Positions 24,090 through 35,786 are shown, counted from the first letter of the stretch. The stretch: DNA of 64,000 nucleotides from Salisapilia sapeloensis CBS 127946 (GCA_023334545.1 JAADVB010000082.1:1-64000), one strand, 5' to 3'. Program-made: numbers and translations. Notes: generated by a model not told the origin, from the letters alone.

Positions 24090-26063
24090 ATGGCGGTCGC
24101 ACACGTACCCGTGTCGAGGCTCAGTGATGCCTTGGGCAATGCCAATTTCCACAAGTCGGCCAGTCCTGCCCCAAGTGTCCAAGTACGGGACCTTACGGCC
24201 CTCTTGCAAGTCGCGATCACCGTCCAAGACGTTGGCTATGACGCTTCACGGATGGAGCGACCAGAATACCTCATTTCGTCCAACGTGACATTTACATGTC
24301 GGCAGCGAGGGAGTGAACAGCTCGAGTCGTCGTGGGCAGTCTATCGGTCCTTTGAGGAATTCATGGCTCTCGACGCACAGTTACGACAGCACTATCCGAC
24401 ACTCATGACAGCCATTCCTCCGCCAAAGCAGCATCGGAGTCGAGCACTCTTCGGTCTCCATCGCCAGAAACGCTTTCTCGATCGCCGACGAGCGGAGCTG
24501 AACGAGTACTTGGCACAGCTACAGGCACACACGTCGCTACGTCTCAGTCGATTCATCGACCCTCGAGCTCCACTCGTCCTCCGCTGGTTCTGTGACTTTG
24601 ACGCAGGCTTCGGACGCAACCTTCGTGTCCGACGAAACCAATTTGCCGGCTGCGTCCTCTCGCTCGACCATCTTCGAGACACAAAGTCCGAGTCCTTCTT
24701 ACGCAGCGGGAGCATGAGTCTCCTAGACGAAGAGCGGGAGTCGCCGGACTTTTTCCCTCGGTCTAGGATACGCGGTCGAAGGTGGTCCACTGGTGCCATG
24801 AGCAGCATGGACATGGATGCCGAGAGCGAGGTTCAGTACCGACAGAGCGATCTGCAGCAGCACGAGCAAAAGCGAGATGCGTATCGATCCGAGCGACAGG
24901 TAAGCGACTGTGAGTTCGATGAGCTCGAAGCGAACCTCATGGACGATCGGGAGAGGGACATGGGCATCTGCTGCAAGTACGCCTGTGCCTGCCATCGCTC
25001 TCCCTTTCGCATCGCTTACAACCGCATGGGTCGCATCCTCCAGCTTCAGGGGTATAAGGAGGTGTACGCGCCACCGCTCGAGTCTTCCTCCGCCCTTTAC
25101 TGCATCCTATGTGAGCTCCAGAGGTACAACGACCTGGACCAGCGGCTCTTCGAAGCCATGCACAGTCGCGACGACAGCATGTCCTCTCGGCCTTCGGAAG
25201 ATGAAGCCGTGCTACATCGACGTCGATCGAGTACTATAAGCAAGAGTGGGCAGCTGCAGCAGCCGAATGAAGAGCAGATTGAGAAGGGAGCCTTGCTGCT
25301 TCGACAGGCAGTGGCCAACTATGGACTCTTGTACGCCGAAGAGATCCGTCGGCACTTTGACATGACGCTGATTGAGCTCAAGAAGAAGCTGCATGCATTC
25401 CGGAATGAGCGCCGGCCGCGTGTCGGGCGTCTCGAACTCGCCATCTTGTCCACGATGCTGGACACGTCCATGACGCTCGTGACGAACGACCACGACGGGA
25501 GTATACAGACGCTGGAGCCTTTAGAGCATCTCGAACCGATTCGGAGAGGAGGGCGAATCCACATGCTGCTAGCCTACGTCCTCCCGACCGTCTACTACGT
25601 CCATGGGTACTACATGCTCCTCGGTACTTCCTCCGAGAGCGAGACGGAGGACGAGGATGACATCCGACCGGAACGGCTGTGGCTCGGTCTAGAGGAGATG
25701 GACCGAGTCTTCCTCTCGTGCATCGACAGCGTCATGCGGACAGACCTCAGTGCGCTCAACGCCTTTGACGACGACGCCGCGGAGGCCTTGAACCGAGCCA
25801 TCTTGGAAGCTGTATGGGACGACTGTCAGCACAATCCCAACCTCTTCCACCTCTTCCAGCTCCAAGCACGGCAGTTTGGCAAGAGCCGTACGTCCGCGAC
25901 GTTCTTTGTCCAGTATCTCGAAGTCGCGTTTGGTATCTCTGGCGCCATGTATCTCGTGGACTTTTTGCTGCATGTCCTACCTGAAGAAGAGCTGCGAAAA
26001 CAATTGTATCGCGCGAGATGGTTTCGATTACGAAGACACGTCGTAAAAAGATTAGCTGTATGA
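24090..26063 (+). CDS. PX-domain protein with a possible degenerate OTU-like domain
   Basis: PX motifs: EYLI, WAVYRSFEEFMALDAQLR, IPPPK, FLDRRRAELNEYL. Downstream GRLELAILS..LDTSMTLVT...HMLLAY...GYYMLL resembles the OTU fold. Confidence 0.75.
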   Translation: MAVAHVPVSRLSDALGNANFHKSASPAPSVQVRDLTALLQVAITVQDVGYDASRMERPEYLISSNVTFTCRQRGSEQLESSWAVYRSFEEFMALDAQLRQHYPTLMTAIPPPKQHRSRALFGLHRQKRFLDRRRAELNEYLAQLQAHTSLRLSRFIDPRAPLVLRWFCDFDAGFGRNLRVRRNQFAGCVLSLDHLRDTKSESFLRSGSMSLLDEERESPDFFPRSRIRGRRWSTGAMSSMDMDAESEVQYRQSDLQQHEQKRDAYRSERQVSDCEFDELEANLMDDRERDMGICCKYACACHRSPFRIAYNRMGRILQLQGYKEVYAPPLESSSALYCILCELQRYNDLDQRLFEAMHSRDDSMSSRPSEDEAVLHRRRSSTISKSGQLQQPNEEQIEKGALLLRQAVANYGLLYAEEIRRHFDMTLIELKKKLHAFRNERRPRVGRLELAILSTMLDTSMTLVTNDHDGSIQTLEPLEHLEPIRRGGRIHMLLAYVLPTVYYVHGYYMLLGTSSESETEDEDDIRPERLWLGLEEMDRVFLSCIDSVMRTDLSALNAFDDDAAEALNRAILEAVWDDCQHNPNLFHLFQLQARQFGKSRTSATFFVQYLEVAFGISGAMYLVDFLLHVLPEEELRKQLYRARWFRLRRHVVKRLAV

Positions 26064-26098
26064 TAATTTCTTCCTTGCCAATGTACCTACAACTACCT

Positions 26099-26909
26099 CT
26101 AGCTCGTATGTCTTGCGCATAGCACGTAGTCGAATCCGAATTCTGTACGTGGAAACTTGGCCTCGGCTTCTTTCAACACTCGCTCTAACGCTTTCTCGAG
26201 CTCCGATGCGAGACGACGGTCCGACACGAGGTGGAGATGTCTTCGACCGACGTCCAGCTGACGCTTGATCGTCGCAGGAGTATAGACGTTGGCGAATCGG
26301 ACGGACGAAGAGACCTCCAAAGACTCGAGTCGTATCTGCCGCTCGCACCAGGACATGGGGAACTCGCGATAGACACTCGTGCCAGCCACGAGCAGACAAG
26401 CGTCGCGTAGTCGCTGCATCTCCTTCACCACTCGATGGCTGTCGGTAGTGGCAGGTACCTCGGAGATCGGCTCGAGACCAACGAGGTAGAGTCGGCCGTT
26501 CGGAGCCAAGTGCTGCACCAGCCTCGACATCATGCTCTCCTGGTAGTACGGCGCAAAGCCTTCTACGGACCCGATGAGGTAGTCTAGCCAGCATTAGACA
26601 GTCCTAGTCGTACTAGTAGAAGGGGAATGTACCAGCTATGACGACGTCGTAAGTCTTGTCCTGGAGAAGCGTTGGGTCTTTCCAGTTACCACTCAAGACG
26701 CTCACATGTTCTCGACCGTACTTGTCTCGGAGCTCCTTGGCCAGTGACGCCTCCCCCGTGACAGCAGTCAAGGACGCCACCTCCCCTGACAATGACGTGA
26801 GCCATGACAGCGAATGGTGTCCTGTACCTGCATCCAGAACATGTCCCCACGGCCTCCTTTCCTCCTTCTCCTGCGTCTCAATCCATTCAAACAGCACATC
26901 GGACGTCAT
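26099..26909 (-). CDS. Class I SAM-dependent methyltransferase; intron 26584-26632
   Basis: Motif I VLDAGTG. The spliced junction gives YDVVIADYLIG (motif II/post-II), followed by HLAPNGRLYLVG. Confidence 0.8.
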
Positions 26910-27019
26910 CTTGGTATCTCCAACCGCTGCTGTCTAGCTATAGATCCGAGGTGTACATGTATCTATCGAGTACCTCTACCAAAGCCATGAAGAACAAGAC
27001 AAGAGAGAAGAAACTTGTA

Positions 27020-28378
27020 TTACTTGGTATCTTCATGGAAGACGATGAAAATAGACAAGAGGAGGACGCCGAACATCATGCTAAAGGCACTCGCATAGTA
27101 CGGATACGCCGCCGGGATAAAACGTTCATACTCATTGTGCTTGAACGGACGGAGCGACACTTGCGTCGACGACTCCAACGTCGAGAGGCCATGACGACGA
27201 TACACGACGCGGAACTGGAAGATCCCGTACTGATCCGGCGCTTCAAACGTCACGTGATACTGTCCGCTCCCATCGTGCCCCAAGGTCGTACGGACGTACG
27301 GATCCAACATGACAAACTCCAACTGGACATCCTCCGCCTTGAACGCATGCCACTTGCCATCCGAAAACTCTTCCAAGACACACGAAAACGTCAGATTGTC
27401 CTTGACGCGATACACGAGCGAGTCACGCGCGACTTCGGCGTCCGGGTACAGCGTCAGCGGCTGGTCCGGACGATCCACGTCGCTCAGCATCTTGGCCGGG
27501 GCACTCCCGTCCGCACGCTGGTGACGAATGTCTTTCATGCGCAAGACGCCTCGCTCCTGGAACACCCAGCGACTGAGATAGTCGCTCAGCTCCTCGTTCC
27601 CGTATGAAGGCTGGAAGTAGGCGTCACTAAATAGGTCCAAGGACCCAGAGAAGACAATACGGGCGTTGTTACGAGCCTGAAGAGCTGTCACGAGACCCAG
27701 GTCCTGGCTCGCAGCGACCTGGTTCTTGGCAATAGCCTTCGGAGACACTGGTTTCGTCGGGCTGGAAGAGTACGCTGACGATGGAGCGTGGACTATGTGG
27801 AAGTTGAGGATGCTCTCCTCTTCGATGCGCATGCCGAGGCCAGAGAAAGCGATGGGCTTGGCCTCCTGCGCCAGGGACGGACCGACGACGCGGTCCAGAG
27901 GCGTGATGGACGAAGACGCGACGACGGCGTCGTAAAGCTCACTGTCGGCATCTAGTCCCTTGACAGGGTGCACGTGGTCCATGACGACCGTCCCCTTCTT
28001 CTCGAACTCGACGCCACATTCGCGAGCAAACTGGCGCTGGAGCTTGGTCAGACGCCAGCTCGACGACAGGAGGATATTGCCGCCTTGTTCGACGAAATGA
28101 AGGAGCTCCGGTACGCCGATGCTACTCAGCTTCTTCTGAGGAGCAAAGAGGATGAGGTTATCAAAGGCACGCTCGCCGTAGATGGTGAGAGGCGGCTCCG
28201 TCGTGTGGATCTCGACGTCATGGCCACGGCCTCGAAGCAGCGATACGAACTTGGAATGCGTGTTCTCAATGTCGCTCGACTCGGCAATGATAGCTGTGCG
28301 AGTGGCCATAGCAGAGGCATGCACCATGGTGCCGACGCATAGCGCCCATAGCGTCAGGAGCGTAGTAGATCGCGTCAT
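27020..28378 (-). CDS. WBP1: Oligosaccharyltransferase 48 kDa subunit (OST48/DDOST/Wbp1)
   Basis: Signal peptide, THSKF..L..RGH, YGERAFDNLILFAP, LQARNNARIVFSGSLDLFSD, VQLEFVMLDPYVR, PDQYGIFQFRVVYRR, YERFIPAAYPYYASAFSMM TM. Confidence 0.95.
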   Translation of the reverse strand: MTRSTTLLTLWALCVGTMVHASAMATRTAIIAESSDIENTHSKFVSLLRGRGHDVEIHTTEPPLTIYGERAFDNLILFAPQKKLSSIGVPELLHFVEQGGNILLSSSWRLTKLQRQFARECGVEFEKKGTVVMDHVHPVKGLDADSELYDAVVASSSITPLDRVVGPSLAQEAKPIAFSGLGMRIEEESILNFHIVHAPSSAYSSSPTKPVSPKAIAKNQVAASQDLGLVTALQARNNARIVFSGSLDLFSDAYFQPSYGNEELSDYLSRWVFQERGVLRMKDIRHQRADGSAPAKMLSDVDRPDQPLTLYPDAEVARDSLVYRVKDNLTFSCVLEEFSDGKWHAFKAEDVQLEFVMLDPYVRTTLGHDGSGQYHVTFEAPDQYGIFQFRVVYRRHGLSTLESSTQVSLRPFKHNEYERFIPAAYPYYASAFSMMFGVLLLSIFIVFHEDTK

Positions 28379-28505
28379 GCTGCTTAATGAACCACACGTG
28401 GCCCGTATCCACTTTATTACGCTCTCTTACGATAGTTCAACGGGACGAAGCGTCCAAGCGTATACTTTGTTCTAGATTAACCGATCTTGAAAGGGTGTGG
28501 TAACC

Positions 28506-31066
28506 TCAAGTCCCTAGGAACTCGGTCATCCCGCTGGCATGAACCTCGCACTCGTCCTCTTCCTCTAGATCGACTCTCACCTTGCTTTCTACTTTCTTCG
28601 ACTCGGACTTCTTGGCTGCAGCTGCACGCTTGATTGCAGCGGCGAACGCGGCTGGACGAATGCGCGTGCGAGGCACGGACGCCATGCGTTCGCCAGTCGC
28701 TCGAGCCGAGTTGCCGGCACCAGTGGCAATGGCCTGCAACTTCTTCTTTGCCGCTACAACCGATTTAGCACTCTTGTTAGTCTTTGGAAGCTGAGACGAC
28801 TGTCTATGCAGCCGTAGTCGCCTGACATGACGCGCAACGTCGGAGCTGTCGTCGCCATCGACGTCGTCCGAGAGTCCAGTCTTCATGACCTCGAGCGTCT
28901 GGAAGAGATGCCGGAGGTCATCCATGCATCCAACACCTGTACGTCGCAGTCTGACCAGGTACTGTCCAAAGAAAGACAAGAGCCGTTCGAGGTCGCTGTC
29001 GACACGTGCAGCCGCCTCCATGGGATCGACGATCGGCAGCTTTCGAGCCAACAAGCGCTTCGTACACTCTTCTGCCGTCCGATTCAGACATGCATGTAGC
29101 ACTCGTACAAAGAAAAATCCGCTATTAATCCACACTTCCAAGTCGTTCAAGTAGTCTTCCAGCGTCGCGACTAAGGTTTCCACGACCGGATGACCTTGGT
29201 CCCACGTGCTGCTAAACCAGACGCCCAGGATCTCCGTCTCGATCTCCTGGAAGATCTTATCCGACACTAGTTGGCAGGTACGAATGGCCAGCTGGACGAT
29301 CTGCGTAGACGCTTCATCGCTCTTGTCCTCGACCAAAGCAGCGAACGCAACGCCTTCCTGCCTCGCCTCCGACGCGAGTTCACAGCTCTTGGCTTGGAGT
29401 GTATCTGCTTCATTGATAAACAGACACAAGCTCTCTAGACTCAAGTCCTCCACCTGATCCTTCAGTCGTGTCTGCTCCTGCGTCAATTGCTCGAGCAACG
29501 TGTCCAAGCACACGAGCACCACCTGAGCGACAGCCTTCCCATGCAGCCACTCACTCGCGATGCTTATCTGTGTCTTTAGTATATTCAGAATATCACTCGG
29601 TCGATTCGAAAGCAACGCGCCTTCATCGTACTTTACTTCCTCCTCTAGTCTCCATATATTCCCCAGCCACGTATGCATCTGGACCTGGATCTGGTCCAAG
29701 TGCACTTTTAAGAGCGACTGGGACATCTTACTAAGCACAGGAGACGGGTAGACACGAGGGAACTTGCTTAACTCACTGTTATAGCTCTCGATCCACTGGA
29801 CCAACTGCAGACGACTGGAGACACTCAGGTCTGGATGGGAGCAAAGAGCAGAGACCTCCGTCTCAATGACAGACGTCTGGGCTGTAGCAAAGACAACGAG
29901 CGCGTCTATCTGAGGAGGAAAGCAGGATCCGACCTCGGAATGCACTACTTCGAGATTCAAGAGACAACTGTTGCCGACAGTCAGCCGATCGTCCATGTCC
30001 GACGCATCTTCATGCGTCTCAACTGCCTCGAACTGTTCCTCCAACCGCTGCGTCACACCACTTGCAATCTTGTCCTTGCATGTATCAAAGAAGGATGTGT
30101 CCAAGTCACTGGACAGCTTGAGGTCGTTGGAAAGGTATATGCCATGCGTCTTGAGTACACTCAGTCGTCGCTCTTCCATCCGTCCGAGGATGGCAAAGGC
30201 ATCCGTCAGTCGCTTTCGATTGAACTGTCCGAGCTCGAGACAGTGGTCCATGCAGATCCAGACTTCATTCAGGATCCGACTGCCCACCTCCTGTACACCT
30301 ACTAGTCGAGACGATAAGGAGGTCAGGATCTGCCGCTGGGCTTTGCTACAAACAACCATGAGGACGAGGTAGAATGGAGAGAAAGATGTGGTAACCTCGA
30401 GCCGAGCTCATCTGTGCGGTCACTTGCAGCCGATCGGAGCTATCTCTGGATGTTAGAAGAGGCAGTGTTGGATATTATAGGTATGTACCTCTCGAAGGAT
30501 GCGCTGTCTCCAGTCGTCCAGATCGATCCACTTGTGGTACACCCAGACGATGCTGCCCAAGTTACCGTCCAGCGCGTCTGTCAGCTCTTTCGCCTACGCA
30601 CGTCCAAGAGGTTAATGGCGTATATAGAGAAATAGTAGAGTGACGCACTTTTGACTCTATGTCTTCGTAGAAGCGGATCTCTGCCTCCACCTGCCGCAGG
30701 TTCCGGCGGACGATGCCAATGTCCGATGGTACGTCGGTGGTACCCAGTTCTTCGCTCATGGTCGTGCACTGCTGCCCGAGGCTATGCAGCGTATCGGACA
30801 CGCGTTGCACTGGCGCCGGTAGTCTGAGCAGTTCCTCTGCTTTCTTCACCTCCACCATGCGCGTCTGCATGGCAGCATCAAACGCACTCGTCGCCTCGTC
30901 TCTCTGTCCCCGAAGCTCCTTTTCCAATTCCTCCAGCTGCACCCATCGTCAATGTCATCCAAAGTGCACCATCTAGAGCTACTCTTCTTACCTGTTGCAG
31001 GTCGAACTGCACCTCTCCATTCGCGTCTCGTAGTCGATCGAGGACGAGCTGGACGCCAGGCTGCAT
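28506..31066 (-). CDS. SEC6: Exocyst complex component Sec6 (EXOC3), multi-exon
   Basis: Helical protein with WIDLDDWR, AFAILGRMEE, CFPPQIDAL, LQLVQWIESYN, PSDILNILKTQI, CLFINEA, ETLVATLEDYLNDL. First intron 30937-30991; others approximate. Confidence 0.8.
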
Positions 31067-31241
31067 GGCGTGTACGTCTCTTCAGGATAGTGTAATTTAT
31101 CTTCTTTGTCGTCCCATAAAACGCCCTCTCTCATACAAACTCGCTCCAATAGACATAAAATTCTCGAACGTACTTTCGCTCTAAATCCACCTTGTTCGTC
31201 ATTTATCCACTTTATCTTCCCGTCGCATCTCGAGAGAAGCG

Positions 31242-33242
31242 ATGGCGGTCGGACTGCTCCTTCGAGACGATGAAGAGCGGTTGCTCGAGTTTGATTTCGA
31301 AGCCTCGTTGCCACCAGACCTAGGGGATGATGCTAGCCGAAGAGACTTTAAGCGCGGAAGTGTCGTCTGCCGCCACTGGCTCCGTGGCCTGTGCATGAAA
31401 GGCGAGAGCTGCGAGTTCCTCCATCAGTACGACATGGCGCGCATGCCAGAGTGTCGATGGGGCATGGAGTGCCAAGTCCCCGAGTGCCCCTTCCGGCATG
31501 TTCCGGACGAAGAGCGGATGGAATGTGCCTTCTACAAGCAAGGCTTTTGCTCCCACGGCCCGACCTGCCGCTATCGACACATCAAGCTCGCGAGCGATGA
31601 GTGTCCTTCAAAAGCAGACTTTTCGCTCCAGGCGAAGCTCGCAGACGATGAGAACGCCAAGCGACGTCGAGCCCAGCCTCTGAACGAGTTCTACAAGGTG
31701 TCCATGTGCAAGCACTGGGAGAAGAACGGGACGTGTCCATTCGGAGACGAGTGCCACTTTGCTCACGGCAATACAGAGCTGCGTTCCTTCCCTAGAGATG
31801 AGCATGACGAGTCCAAGAGTAAACGAGATCGACGAGAGCATGCTTCGAAAGACGAAAAGCCGCCTCCCGGTCTCCCGGACGAGCACATCCGAGCGCAGTA
31901 TTTTGTCGTCCACTCCCAGAGCTACCACAATCTCGCGCATAGCGTCCACTACGGCCAGTGGACAGCTCCTGCAGACGTCCGGACGCAGCTCCAGACAGCC
32001 TACGAGACGTCGGACGCCGTCTTCCTCTTCTTCACCATCACCCCCAGCGGACACTTCCAAGGCGTCGCGCGTCTCCTCTCCTCTCCTACCGGCACCAAGG
32101 GCGTCGACCTTGCCTCCAACCGACTTCCGTACGACCAGTGGGACGGAACCTTTGGCATCGAGTGGCTGCGGATCTGCGAATGCCCGTGGCCTCGTCTCGC
32201 AGAGTACGAGCACCAGCACCTCGACGTCGAGCAGACTTCGGATGGTCAGGAGCTGTCGAAAGACATGGGCCACAGCCTCCTCCGCCTCCTCTTCAACCAG
32301 GCGCAAATCCGACTGCACTACAAGAGCGTCGAGGACGAAGACAAGCTGCGTGGCGGCGCGCAGGAGCTAGCCAACAGACGCCGAGACGCTGCCGAGAGCA
32401 TCTACGGCGGCATGCCGCCCCCCGCCTTCCCGGACGCTCGTCCTGGCTTCATCTTCGCCTGCACAAACAGTACCATCGACGAGTGCTTCGTCCGACGCAT
32501 TTTTGCGCTCGCGAAAGAGCAGGAGAGCATCGCGACCAAGCACGTCGTCCCTGGCACGCCGCTCTTCCTCCTCAACTTGTCCGACAGACACCTCCTCGGT
32601 GTCTTCGAAGCTGCTTCTCCAGCCGTCTTCAATATGCTCCCCGCCGCCTTCACCAAGAACCCGAATCAGCCGTCTGCATTCCCTGTCCAAGCACGCTTCG
32701 TCGTGAGCATGCATGCTCCTGCCATCCCAATGACCGATCCACAGGTGCAGTCGATTCTAGGAGATAAAGGCCAGATCGGACCTCTCCCGCCAGACACGAC
32801 GCAGCAGCTCCTGCAGCTCTACAGCGACAGATGCAACCACTTCGGCATGGCTCCGAAGAAGAGAGAGGAGGAGCAGGCTTTTCGAGAGAAGATCTACGTC
32901 GACATGGAGAACGACAAGGACTTCAACGTCACGAGACGCATCATCGGACAGTCGGGGAGCAACATGAAGCGCATATCGTCCGAGGCTGGCGGGAATGCCA
33001 AGCTGCGCGTCCGAGGGAGAGGCTCTGGCGCGTCCGAGTCGACGCCGGAGGAAGCTAGAGAGCCGCTCATGGTCATCGTCTCGGCCGATAACGAACAGAG
33101 CTTCCACGTCGCGTGTGAACGCACGAGAGAGCTGCTGGCTGGCATTCGACAGGAGCATGATGCCGTTCACCAGCGTCGACCTCGACGCCATCGAGACCGA
33201 TCGTCGGATCGAGAGCGGAAGAAACGCCGGATGAGTCCATAA
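31242..33242 (+). CDS. CPSF4: CPSF30/CPSF4-like CCCH zinc-finger protein with YTH, DCD and KH domains
   Basis: VCRHWLRGLCMKGESCEFLHQYD, CAFYKQGFCSHGPTCRYRH, and a further CCCH (MCKHWEKNGTCPFGDECHFAH). YTH: YFVVHSQSYHN...GQW...VFLFF...GHFQGVA. DCD: GFIFACTNST..EC..LFLLN...LLGVFEA..FP.Q.RF. KH: RRIIGQSGSNMKRI..AKLRVRGRGS..EPLMV. Confidence 0.85.
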   Translation: MAVGLLLRDDEERLLEFDFEASLPPDLGDDASRRDFKRGSVVCRHWLRGLCMKGESCEFLHQYDMARMPECRWGMECQVPECPFRHVPDEERMECAFYKQGFCSHGPTCRYRHIKLASDECPSKADFSLQAKLADDENAKRRRAQPLNEFYKVSMCKHWEKNGTCPFGDECHFAHGNTELRSFPRDEHDESKSKRDRREHASKDEKPPPGLPDEHIRAQYFVVHSQSYHNLAHSVHYGQWTAPADVRTQLQTAYETSDAVFLFFTITPSGHFQGVARLLSSPTGTKGVDLASNRLPYDQWDGTFGIEWLRICECPWPRLAEYEHQHLDVEQTSDGQELSKDMGHSLLRLLFNQAQIRLHYKSVEDEDKLRGGAQELANRRRDAAESIYGGMPPPAFPDARPGFIFACTNSTIDECFVRRIFALAKEQESIATKHVVPGTPLFLLNLSDRHLLGVFEAASPAVFNMLPAAFTKNPNQPSAFPVQARFVVSMHAPAIPMTDPQVQSILGDKGQIGPLPPDTTQQLLQLYSDRCNHFGMAPKKREEEQAFREKIYVDMENDKDFNVTRRIIGQSGSNMKRISSEAGGNAKLRVRGRGSGASESTPEEAREPLMVIVSADNEQSFHVACERTRELLAGIRQEHDAVHQRRPRRHRDRSSDRERKKRRMSP

Positions 33243-33259
33243 GACAAATATATTTTCCT

Positions 33260-34111
33260 TTAGCCTACGCGTTGCGAAGGGAGAGCGAGAGAGATGCTTT
33301 GCGCATAGGAAATCAGACGCTTGACACTCGTCAAGTACTTGCGCTGTGCTTCGTTGTTCATTACATGTGCCTGCTTATTACTGTTGATCTTCTCTCGACC
33401 TGTGCGCTCGTGGATGCCGACCATCGTCACTCCGATCGGCCACGCAGCGTTCCCGATTGCTAGCCGGATGTACGCGTCGTGCGCTCGGACGAACGCACCC
33501 GTCTGGCAGCTCGTGACGATCTCCACGAGGTTGGGACGAATGTCCGAAGGCACTTCTCGTCGCTTGCAGAGACGGAAGAGAGGCCGGATGTAGTCCTTGC
33601 ACTGCTTCATGGCTTTCGAAGCGGACTTGCCGGCCGCTGTGCGCTTCACGTCGTTCGGACGAGAGGCCAGGTCGGACTCCCACTGGCGGAGCATCTCTCG
33701 GAAAAAGGTGTAGATGAGTCTGTCCGGGTCTTCTTCTGCTCTTTGCAGGAGCTCTTCCTCCGATTGAGGTAGAGCCTCTGTCTCCTTCTGCTCTTTCGTC
33801 TCTGTATCGTCATTTGGCTCTGTGGGGAGACTGGTGGACTGTTCTATCTCCTGTGTCTGTATTGGAGCTTGTTCGATAGGTGGACTATCCTTTTGCTGCT
33901 CCTCTGTACGCTCTACCTTTTGCTTCTTAGCATGCTCGTCCTCTTTTGGCGGAGAGGAACGTCGTTTAGAGGCTTTGGGACTGCTTTCGGCCTTTTTCTC
34001 GAGCAAAGACTCGACTTCAGACTTTCGAAGGTACTTGTTCTTCTGCTGCGCTTCCTTTAGAGCAGCTACCTCCTGCTTCTTGGCCGCCAAGAGCTTCTGC
34101 AGACCTTCCAT
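33260..34111 (-). CDS. PRP18: Pre-mRNA splicing factor 18
   Basis: QCKDYIRPLF, YIRLAIGNAAWPIGVTMVGIHERTGREKI, AHVMNNEAQRKYLTSVKRLIS. Likely start is MEGLQK at 34111, not the ORF-track start at 34327. Confidence 0.93.
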   Translation of the reverse strand: MEGLQKLLAAKKQEVAALKEAQQKNKYLRKSEVESLLEKKAESSPKASKRRSSPPKEDEHAKKQKVERTEEQQKDSPPIEQAPIQTQEIEQSTSLPTEPNDDTETKEQKETEALPQSEEELLQRAEEDPDRLIYTFFREMLRQWESDLASRPNDVKRTAAGKSASKAMKQCKDYIRPLFRLCKRREVPSDIRPNLVEIVTSCQTGAFVRAHDAYIRLAIGNAAWPIGVTMVGIHERTGREKINSNKQAHVMNNEAQRKYLTSVKRLISYAQSISLALPSQRVG

Positions 34112-34406
34112 CACGACGCGAGCTACTCGATCTGTGCTTAGTGTCCCAAAGATAACGCCACCGATTACTACCACAAATACTGTATAGGGTGTATGTGAGA
34201 CGAGACCAGAGTAGACGAGTACTACCTCTTCTGCGTTGCATGCATTCGATTGACAGAAAGAAGCTATCTCAATGAAAAATAAAAACCACGCTCTCTTCCA
34301 TAGTATCTTTATTTCTACCTCGACCATTTTCTTCTTGATTTTATGAGCCCTGAGCAGTCTGTAACGCTAGCACGTAGAGACTCGAGTCGATCAAGAACGC
34401 ACCGAC

Positions 34407-35786
34407 ATGTCTGAGGAAGCAGAGCGGAGCTATCAACCGTCTTGGCTGAGCAATTGGCCGGACGTGCAGACCCAAGTAGATGACGTCGTGATCTCGCTCA
34501 AGAGACGGCAGCTCACAGGCGCCTTTGACACAGCCAAGCGGACCACGTCGCTCCTGCACACTATGGTCCATCAATATCGCCGCCTCTGCGTCCTACTCGA
34601 CTAACTCTGTGCTCTAGCTCGAGACCGTCGAATGGACGAACGCCGGAGAGATCGTCGACAAGGTACGAGACATTGGCAGACTGCTCACGAAAGCCAATCC
34701 GCACGGTACCTCTTGTCCATCCGCTCGGTATCTGCATGCACTCACGACCGGATAGAGCTGGCCATTGGCAACGTCGTGCGTCGCGTCCTCTACCTCATCC
34801 GAGAAGAGCAGGACAATGCCGTCCGCCAGGCCAATGACACCGCCGCGCAGCCTCCGCACTCGGACTCCAAGTCCACTCCCAGTCGATCCTACATGTCTCG
34901 CTCCCTCGGCTCCATCCTCACGCCAGGCACTGACACGGACCTCTCCGTCCCTATCGCCGACCTGCGGCTCGTACACACCTCTTACTCCCTCTCCTATACT
35001 CGTCTCTAACACCTTCTAGTCCGTCATGGAAGGACTGGTGGAACTAGAAGACGAGATCCAGACGCTCCACGTGAACATCGCAGAGCAGGCCATGGAGCAC
35101 ATCCACACCGAGTACGACCTCCTCCGCCTCCTCCACTGCCTCTACTCATCCTATAATCTATAGCGAAGTCATCCTGACCTTTGGCCTCTCCACTTCGGTA
35201 TGCGAATTCCTCAAAGCCGCCGCCAAGAAGCGACAGTTCAAGGTCTTTGTCGTCGAGAGCGCACCGTCACTGAATGGCCAGCGGATGGCGCATGACCTCG
35301 CGCAGGAGATGCAGCTCGAAGTCACGCTCATCCCCGACAGCGCCGTCTTCGCCATGATGGCTCGCGTCAACAAGGTCGTGGTGCCCGCCGCGGCTGTCGT
35401 GGCCAACGGCGGCGTCATCGGCCAGTCAGGTCTCCAGTCCCTGGCGCTCGCAGCCAAAAAGTGCTCTGTGCCAGTCGTGTGCGTCGTCGGCCTCATCAAG
35501 CTCTGTCCGCTCTTCCCACACGACCTCGACGTCCTCCACCAACTCCTCCAGCCGTCTCAGATCTACAACTACGAAGACATGCGAGACAACGTACTAGTTT
35601 TGAATGTATGTAAAGAAGGGAAAAGCTAAGTGTATTCTCTAGGTCGAAGTGATTAACCCAGCGTACGACTACGTGCCGCCCGAGTGCGTCAGTCTCTTCG
35701 TGACGAACACCGGGACCCACCAGCCATTCTACATCTACCGACTCCTGGCCGAATACTACTCGCCACAAGACTACCAGCTCTCGTAA
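34407..35786 (+). CDS. EIF2B2: Translation initiation factor eIF2B beta subunit, multi-exon
   Basis: ELAIGNVVRRVLYLIREE, EQAMEHIHT|EVILTFG, FKVFVVESAPSLNG, IPDSAVFAMMARVNKV, VANGG, VINPAYDYVPPECVSLFVTN, YIYRLLAEYY. Confidence 0.92.

Noticed and set aside
34112-34327. N-terminal extension of the Prp18 ORF
   Set aside because: AT-richer, promoter-like sequence shared with the divergent eIF2B-beta gene; homology starts at MEGLQK.
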